A stretch of DNA of 64,000 nucleotides. Origin: Planctomycetota bacterium. Its GTDB lineage: Bacteria; Planctomycetota; GCA-002687715; CAIWVZ01. The translations under genes and the position numbers were made by a program. Location: NCBI GenBank assembly GCA_044222185.1, contig JBGANV010000007.1, forward strand, positions 192,001 to 256,000, read 5' to 3'. Below are positions 58,511 through 64,000 of the stretch, piece after piece; position 1 is the first letter of the stretch; every line of letters starts with the position of its first letter. A model generated the notes under the pieces. The model ran no database searches. It was not told the origin of the DNA and worked only from the letters and a program-made list of their open reading frames with translations.

Positions 58511-59257
58511 ATGATCATGAGAAGCAGTTGGAGCGTGTTGGTGACCGTGGCCATGCTGACGTTGCTCACGACGAGTGGGCGATCGCAGTGGATCCTCGAG
58601 TACGAGTACATGTCCGCGGCACCCGCGTCGAAGATGACGAGCTACTGCGGTCTCGAGCTGAGCGAGGCGTCGGCGCGCGCGCTGCCGTCGTCGATCTATG
58701 GATTCGGGCACGCGTTCGACGACACGCTGATGTGCAGCGGCCAGGCCGCGGCCGCTCACGAGGTCGTCCAGGTCGGGCAGAGTCGGTACGTGGGCGTCGA
58801 GCGGCCGACCATCGAGGTGACCGTGCACGCCCAGATGCAGGGTGAGGTCGACCTGCTGAATGCGCCGTGTGGTGCTGCTGCCGTCGGATTCGCGTCGTAC
58901 ACCTCGAACCTGTCGGCGAGTGGCGTGGTGGCGCGGCTCACTGAGTCGGCCGCTCAGACGGATGGCGTCCAGATCGGGGCCATCAACCTGAATCTCCCGG
59001 GAATGGGAGCGAGCATCGCCGTGCGGTCCGGGGTGGGAGAGGGCGTCTACCCCGACTTCGCCCTGGATTCCGGCTACTACGAAACCTGCGGAGTCGGAGT
59101 CTACGGCTACCGGCTTCGGGGCCGGGCGTACGTGAAGGTGATGGCCAACGGCGGCTGGTTCACGTTCGACGTCGCCGAGTGCTGCGCGCGCATCTTCGCG
59201 AACGCGAGCTACGTCGCGCACTTTGCGTATCTCGCCCAGGTTCCGATCTGTCCGTGA
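58511..59257 (+). CDS. Secreted beta-rich, Cys-containing hypothetical protein
   Basis: GGGAGG RBS near the ATGs at 58511/58517, signal peptide, and several Cys residues. Confidence 0.7.
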   Translation: MIMRSSWSVLVTVAMLTLLTTSGRSQWILEYEYMSAAPASKMTSYCGLELSEASARALPSSIYGFGHAFDDTLMCSGQAAAAHEVVQVGQSRYVGVERPTIEVTVHAQMQGEVDLLNAPCGAAAVGFASYTSNLSASGVVARLTESAAQTDGVQIGAINLNLPGMGASIAVRSGVGEGVYPDFALDSGYYETCGVGVYGYRLRGRAYVKVMANGGWFTFDVAECCARIFANASYVAHFAYLAQVPICP

Positions 59258-59277
59258 TGAGGTGAGGGAGGCTCTCC

Positions 59278-61380
59278 ATGCGCGCATGGCACATCTGCCT
59301 GGTGGCACTCATCGTCTTCGTGGTTGCGTGGTGGCCCGGTGCACGACCGGACGATCACGCGCGTGTACCACGTGAGGTATTGGCGCGCGTGGAGGGCCAG
59401 GCCCCACTCGATTCGCGGCCAGGACGCGCCCGCACGGGCGTCGAGGCGGCGCTCCGCATACGTGATGAAGACGGCGCGCCGATCTCGGACGCGTCAGTCG
59501 TCGCGCGGTCCGAGTACCTCGAGTTTGCGCGGGCTCGTTCGGATCCTGATGGTCGCGCCCGCCTGCCCTGGGGCGGACTTGCGTTGATCCGCGTCGAGCG
59601 GGAAGGCTTCGTTCCCTGGACCGGCATCGTCAAGAACGACGATGACAGCGCAGTCGTCGCGTTGCGCCGACCGGCGTCGCTGCAGATCGATTTCGTGAGC
59701 GAAGCGGGAGAGCCCGTGGGCGGCATCGGCACCGAGCTCCTCGTCGACGGACAGGAGCATCCAGGGCCCGAAGCTCCTTCGTTGCCGCGGTCGTTCGCCC
59801 CGCTCGTTCAGACCCTGCTGGACCCCGCGCCCGTTCCGCCGTCGGATGAGGGCAGCGCTGTCGTGCGGCTCGCTCGCATCCTGTGCCGGAGGGAGAACGC
59901 CGACGCGCGGGTCGTCGAGATCTCGCCGTTCCTGGCGATCGACCCGGCTCAGATCTCCACGACGAACGGGTCCGTGAGCTGGAGCGTGCTGCCGTCGCGC
60001 TCGTCCATGCGGTGGGGCGTCACGTCTGGCCACGGAGTCGAGGTCGAGCCGCGCGCTCCGGCCGATGCACGCGGCGGGACCGAGACCGGACGATTCATGA
60101 GTGGGGCGCCGGGAACCGTGTCAGCGGCCTTCACGCTCGAACCGGGGGAACGGCGCCGCTACCTCTGCCTTGCCCATACCGCCACGCGCGTCCTTGGGCG
60201 GGTTCTCAGCCATGGGCAACCGCCGAGCCGCGCGTGTGTCGTGAAGCTGTTCGACGTGGAGAAACAGACGGCTCCCGATGGCACCTGGATCTTGGACGTA
60301 CGCCAGGAAGCCGAGCGCGGAACGGATGCTGACGGCTCTTTCGTCTTCGTAGGCGTGCGGCCCGGGCGCAAGGTCCTCCGCGGATGGTGGCGCGACGGTG
60401 ACGATCTGAACTTCGTCGGCACGGGCTTCACGCTCGAGCCGACCGAAACCAAGGACCTGGGCGTGCTCGAGGTCGGAGAGAGCGCCGTCGTGGAGTGTGA
60501 GGTCCGGCTGCGCGATCTTGCTGGTGGTGATGTACCGCGGGCGCTCGTCGCCAACTCGGATGTCGGCGCTCTCGTGGCGTTGAGTGGGATGGGCGACGAC
60601 GTGAGCCCCGTGGGCGCGGCGTTCCATGTGGAGGTCGAACGCGTCGTTCGACTTCACGGCCTTTCGCCTGGGAAGTGGCGTCTCAGTGCCGGCCCGCCCG
60701 TCACGTGGCCCGATCTCAAAGACACATGGCGTGGCGTCGAGCGCGACTCCGAGTCCACGTTCGTGACTCCCGGGGCGGGTACGCAGCGACTCGTGCTCAC
60801 GGTGTGCAAGGCGGGGTGGCTCAAGCTGCGTTGTCACTTCCCGGTGGATACTCGTTTCGCCGCGACGGCGACACTGATCCCGTCGACCGGAGGCCTGTCG
60901 AGCCGTTTCAACATCCCGCGGCGAGACGCCGCGGAGGCCGTGATCGAGCAAGAGGTGTTCGCGGGTCCATACACGATCCTGATTTCTCCGGCGCAGATCG
61001 ACCCGGCGACGGCCGATGTGAACTGGTTCGCGCTGCGTGACGTCGTCGTGGCACCGGGCGGGCGGACGGAGTGTGACACGGTCTTCGAGCGTGGCGTCGA
61101 GGTGACGGGCGTCGTGCGGACGACGGACGATCGGCCGGCTGCGCGATCGATCGTCGCACTTTCGGCAGTCGGCTTCGACGAAGCGGCGCGGCCGACGTGG
61201 CCTTATCAGGTGTTGACCGACGGCGAGGGTCGCTATCGGATCGCGGGGTTGATCCCGCACGCCACGTTCCGCGTGCGCACGAGCGAGCAGGTGATCTCCA
61301 CGGGTGCGGCGGGAGGCGCGCAATCGATCGATCTGCGGCTCCGCCCACGGGGAATCGTCCCGGTGGGGAACCGGCGATGA
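59278..61380 (+). CDS. Membrane-anchored protein with carboxypeptidase-regulatory-like (prealbumin/Cna-B-like) beta domains
   Basis: GGGAGG RBS, N-terminal TM helix, and repeated DEDGAPI..A.V, TDADGSFVFVGVRPG and TDGEGRYRIAGL motifs. Confidence 0.78.
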   Translation: MRAWHICLVALIVFVVAWWPGARPDDHARVPREVLARVEGQAPLDSRPGRARTGVEAALRIRDEDGAPISDASVVARSEYLEFARARSDPDGRARLPWGGLALIRVEREGFVPWTGIVKNDDDSAVVALRRPASLQIDFVSEAGEPVGGIGTELLVDGQEHPGPEAPSLPRSFAPLVQTLLDPAPVPPSDEGSAVVRLARILCRRENADARVVEISPFLAIDPAQISTTNGSVSWSVLPSRSSMRWGVTSGHGVEVEPRAPADARGGTETGRFMSGAPGTVSAAFTLEPGERRRYLCLAHTATRVLGRVLSHGQPPSRACVVKLFDVEKQTAPDGTWILDVRQEAERGTDADGSFVFVGVRPGRKVLRGWWRDGDDLNFVGTGFTLEPTETKDLGVLEVGESAVVECEVRLRDLAGGDVPRALVANSDVGALVALSGMGDDVSPVGAAFHVEVERVVRLHGLSPGKWRLSAGPPVTWPDLKDTWRGVERDSESTFVTPGAGTQRLVLTVCKAGWLKLRCHFPVDTRFAATATLIPSTGGLSSRFNIPRRDAAEAVIEQEVFAGPYTILISPAQIDPATADVNWFALRDVVVAPGGRTECDTVFERGVEVTGVVRTTDDRPAARSIVALSAVGFDEAARPTWPYQVLTDGEGRYRIAGLIPHATFRVRTSEQVISTGAAGGAQSIDLRLRPRGIVPVGNRR

Positions 61381-61381
61381 C

Positions 61382-62434
61382 CTACCGAGTGGCGGTCGGG
61401 GCCGACTCGACGACGTCGGTGTACTCGGCGCCGTCCACATCCTTGCGGAAGATCATGAACATCGCGGTGAAAGCGCCGGAAATCCACGAGAGGACGGCGC
61501 CGTCGACGACGACGTTCAGGATCCAGTACATGGCCGAGTGGAGCTTTGCGCAGAGCCAGGCGAAGCCTGACAGGTCGGACCCGTCGCCGCGGACGATCTT
61601 CTCGAGCGTCGCGCTGGCCCAGGGTGGCGTCACGAGCCGCGCAACGTGCTGACGGAGCGCGTCCGCGTCGAACACGATGTTCTCGACGATGTGGACGAAG
61701 GCCGCAAGCAACAGCAGGTAGAAGATCACGACGAATGGCCGTGCGAAGAAGTAGTTGTAGGCCTTGCCGATCGCGTCGTAGGTCCCACGACGCTCGGTGG
61801 CGATGGCGGCCGGTGTCAGTCCCAGGCTCAGGATGCCCGTGATGCCGATGAGCTTGAAAACGATCGTGAACAGGAACGTGACGGGAAGGAGGAGGAAGCT
61901 CGCGATCCATCCGATCCAGGGGACCGACGCGACGAGCCCGATGATCGCGACCACCAACCAGATCACGGCCATCGGCGCGATCACGCACGGGGCGTGAAGC
62001 AGGCTCGTGAAGCGCGTCCCCCAGGCGAAGGTGAACGCTTCGCGCAGGGAGATGTACTGGTCGCGGGCGATGCGCACGGCCATGATCCGCGCGAGCGCGA
62101 CGGAGCTGATCGACCAGATGAGGTAGGCGCCCACGCACTGAAGCGAAAAGACCAGCGCGTAGTGGTCACGGAGCGCGACCTGGGCGTCTGCGGGCACGGC
62201 GGGAGCGACGTCCGCCCAGGCGCCGGTCAGGACCCAGCGGACGATGGATGTCTGGAAACCTCGCACGCAGGCTTCGGCGACCGTGAGGTCGCCGGCGCCG
62301 GTCAGCAGGGCGACGATCCACGTCCAGGCGTGGAACGTGGCCACGGCGGCCGCTCCGATGCCGATGGCGTAGACCGACACCGGAAACCAGAGCACGCGGC
62401 TGAACTTGAAGACCTGATTCGCGTCGCTTTCCAC
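61382..62434 (-). CDS. Hypothetical polytopic membrane protein
   Basis: Multiple hydrophobic helices with a GTG start. Confidence 0.7.
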   Translation of the reverse strand: MESDANQVFKFSRVLWFPVSVYAIGIGAAAVATFHAWTWIVALLTGAGDLTVAEACVRGFQTSIVRWVLTGAWADVAPAVPADAQVALRDHYALVFSLQCVGAYLIWSISSVALARIMAVRIARDQYISLREAFTFAWGTRFTSLLHAPCVIAPMAVIWLVVAIIGLVASVPWIGWIASFLLLPVTFLFTIVFKLIGITGILSLGLTPAAIATERRGTYDAIGKAYNYFFARPFVVIFYLLLLAAFVHIVENIVFDADALRQHVARLVTPPWASATLEKIVRGDGSDLSGFAWLCAKLHSAMYWILNVVVDGAVLSWISGAFTAMFMIFRKDVDGAEYTDVVESAPTATR

Positions 62435-62580
62435 GCAGAGTCTCGGGTGACCGTCGCCTTCGGTCAGGATGGCACGAGTGAAGATCGGGTCACGCGGTCA
62501 GTGGGGCCGCCGCGTACGGGGCCCATCGTATGGACCGCGACTTTGGCGAACAAGCCGCACCGCACTGGTATAAGCAGGCC

Positions 62581-63621
62581 ATGAATGACGATCGGGCCCG
62601 TGCACCGCGATACGCGCGCCAGACCGCGTTCCCCCCAATCGGAATCGAAGGTCAGCGCCGGCTCCTGGAATCGCGCGTGGTCGTCGTCGGAGCGGGTGCG
62701 CTCGGGGCGTCGATCGGTGAGCAGCTCGCGCGTAGCGGAATCGGGTTCATCCGCATTCTCGATCGAGACATCCTCGAGGAGTCGAATCTCGGGCGCCAGT
62801 CGCTCTACACGGCGGACGACGTGCGTCGCCGCATGCCGAAGGCCGCCGCGCTCGCGTCTCATTTGAAGGAGTTCAACCCGCAGATCGAGATCGAGGCGCG
62901 GGTCGCCGATCTCGCGCCGGACAACGTGACCGACCATTTCGCCGACGCTCACCTGATCATCGACGGTGCGGACAACCTGGAGACGCGGTACCTCATCAAC
63001 GATTTCGCGGTGCGTGGCGGAACACCGTGGATCTACGGCGGGTGCGTCGGGAGTCGCGGGTTGACGGCGACGGTCCTTCCGGGCGTAACCCCCTGCCTGC
63101 GCTGCCTCTTTCCCGAGGCGCCACCTGCGGGCACGGTCGAGACCTGCGAGACATCGGGGATCATCGCGCCGGCAGCGACCTTGATCGCGAGCCTCGAGGT
63201 CGCCGAGGCTCTGAAAGTCCTCGTCGGCACCACAGACCGCGTGCGTCGCGGCTGGCTCTCCGTGGACCTCTGGTCTTTCCGGATCGTCGAGCTGGGAGCC
63301 GACACGACACCCGATCCCGAGTGCCCCTGTTGTGGTCGGCGCGAGTTCCCTCATCTCGACGGAGTCAACCGGTCGCGCGCGGTCACGTTCTGCGGGCGGG
63401 ACTCCGTGCAGATCGTCCCGGCAAAGCGGGCACCCGTCGAACTCGCCCAGTTCGAGATGCGCTGGCGCGCACTCGGTGCCGTCGACCGCAACGAGTTCCT
63501 CGTCGTCCTGACGCTCCCCGAACATGCCATCACGCTTTTCGCCGACGGTCGCGCCCTGATCCGCGGCACCCGCGATCCCGGGATCGCACGCTCGATCTTC
63601 GACCGCTACGTCGGTTCCTGA
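62581..63621 (+). CDS. moeB: ThiF/MoeB family adenylyltransferase
   Basis: RYARQ, VVGAGALG, DRDILEESNLGRQ, DNLETRYLIND, PCLRCL and CPCC motifs. Confidence 0.9.
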   Translation: MNDDRARAPRYARQTAFPPIGIEGQRRLLESRVVVVGAGALGASIGEQLARSGIGFIRILDRDILEESNLGRQSLYTADDVRRRMPKAAALASHLKEFNPQIEIEARVADLAPDNVTDHFADAHLIIDGADNLETRYLINDFAVRGGTPWIYGGCVGSRGLTATVLPGVTPCLRCLFPEAPPAGTVETCETSGIIAPAATLIASLEVAEALKVLVGTTDRVRRGWLSVDLWSFRIVELGADTTPDPECPCCGRREFPHLDGVNRSRAVTFCGRDSVQIVPAKRAPVELAQFEMRWRALGAVDRNEFLVVLTLPEHAITLFADGRALIRGTRDPGIARSIFDRYVGS

Positions 63622-64000
63622 ACCCGCCGAAGCGTTCGTGTTCACGTCGCCGGGCTTGGAGCGACAGGCTCGGCCTGGCCGGAGCGCTCGGGCTTTGCGC
63701 GACGCCGCGAACGTCGACCAGCGGTTCTGCCCGAGGCACGCGTCGACGGCCATCGCCGGCAGCACCGCGGGCCTGAGAGCGGCGGGAGGAACCGGCACGG
63801 CAGAGCCCTCCCGTTCACCCATGCAGCGAGCGCCGCACGCTGCCGTTTTCGGTGACCTCCTCTACCGCGCTCGATCGCCGCGCTCTGCGGGTTTCACTGC
63901 CCGCGCTCCTTCGCTTTCGACCCCCGCGCCGTTTCGTTTTCGGTGATGCGTTCACGGCCGCAAGCGTCGAGCGACCGGTTACCACTCCTGCGACGCCGCG

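Noticed and set aside
1-64000. CRISPR array, tRNA/rRNA, IS element, integrase or prophage
   Set aside because: I saw no regularly spaced direct repeats, tRNA arms, transposase or integrase motifs, or phage structural genes. DUF5131 alone does not indicate a prophage.
63622-64000. ORFs after moeB
   Set aside because: They are low-complexity translations without motifs. The region is probably intergenic or the end of a gene outside the window.

Overview
A 64 kb, very GC-rich bacterial chromosomal segment with about 50 densely packed genes and no rRNA, tRNA, CRISPR array, transposase or prophage that I can recognise. The gene content suggests a Planctomycetota-like organism (inference): a WD40 Ser/Thr kinase, HEAT-repeat proteins, large secreted beta-helix, lamin-tail and FG-GAP proteins, and sulfatase/alkaline-phosphatase superfamily proteins. 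Recognisable housekeeping and metabolic genes include a TrmJ-like methyltransferase, tryptophan 2,3-dioxygenase, a THUMP methyltransferase, transaldolase, a CinA-like protein, HDAC, DedA, a UvrD/Rep helicase, an SPFH+RHH pair, MpaA, an ABC exporter, xylulokinase, a GH35, an M28 peptidase and MoeB/ThiF. The most notable observations are: (1) an unannotated ~160 nt structured small RNA candidate with its own near-consensus sigma70 promoter and terminator (24166-24358); (2) a GH35-xylB operon whose third gene is an M24-fold protein lacking most metal ligands, a candidate new sugar-converting enzyme; (3) a HEAT protein carrying a secretin-like beta-hairpin; (4) a shared C-terminal domain on two unrelated secreted proteins, a candidate sorting signal; (5) a TcmP/DUF5131 islet flanked by gene remnants; (6) tandem operator arrays in front of a DUF4143 ATPase and the SPFH-RHH operon; (7) several pseudo-enzymes (a His-less histidine kinase, two Tyr-to-His SDRs, a degenerate sigma factor). 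All family calls come from motif recognition by eye, not database searches.
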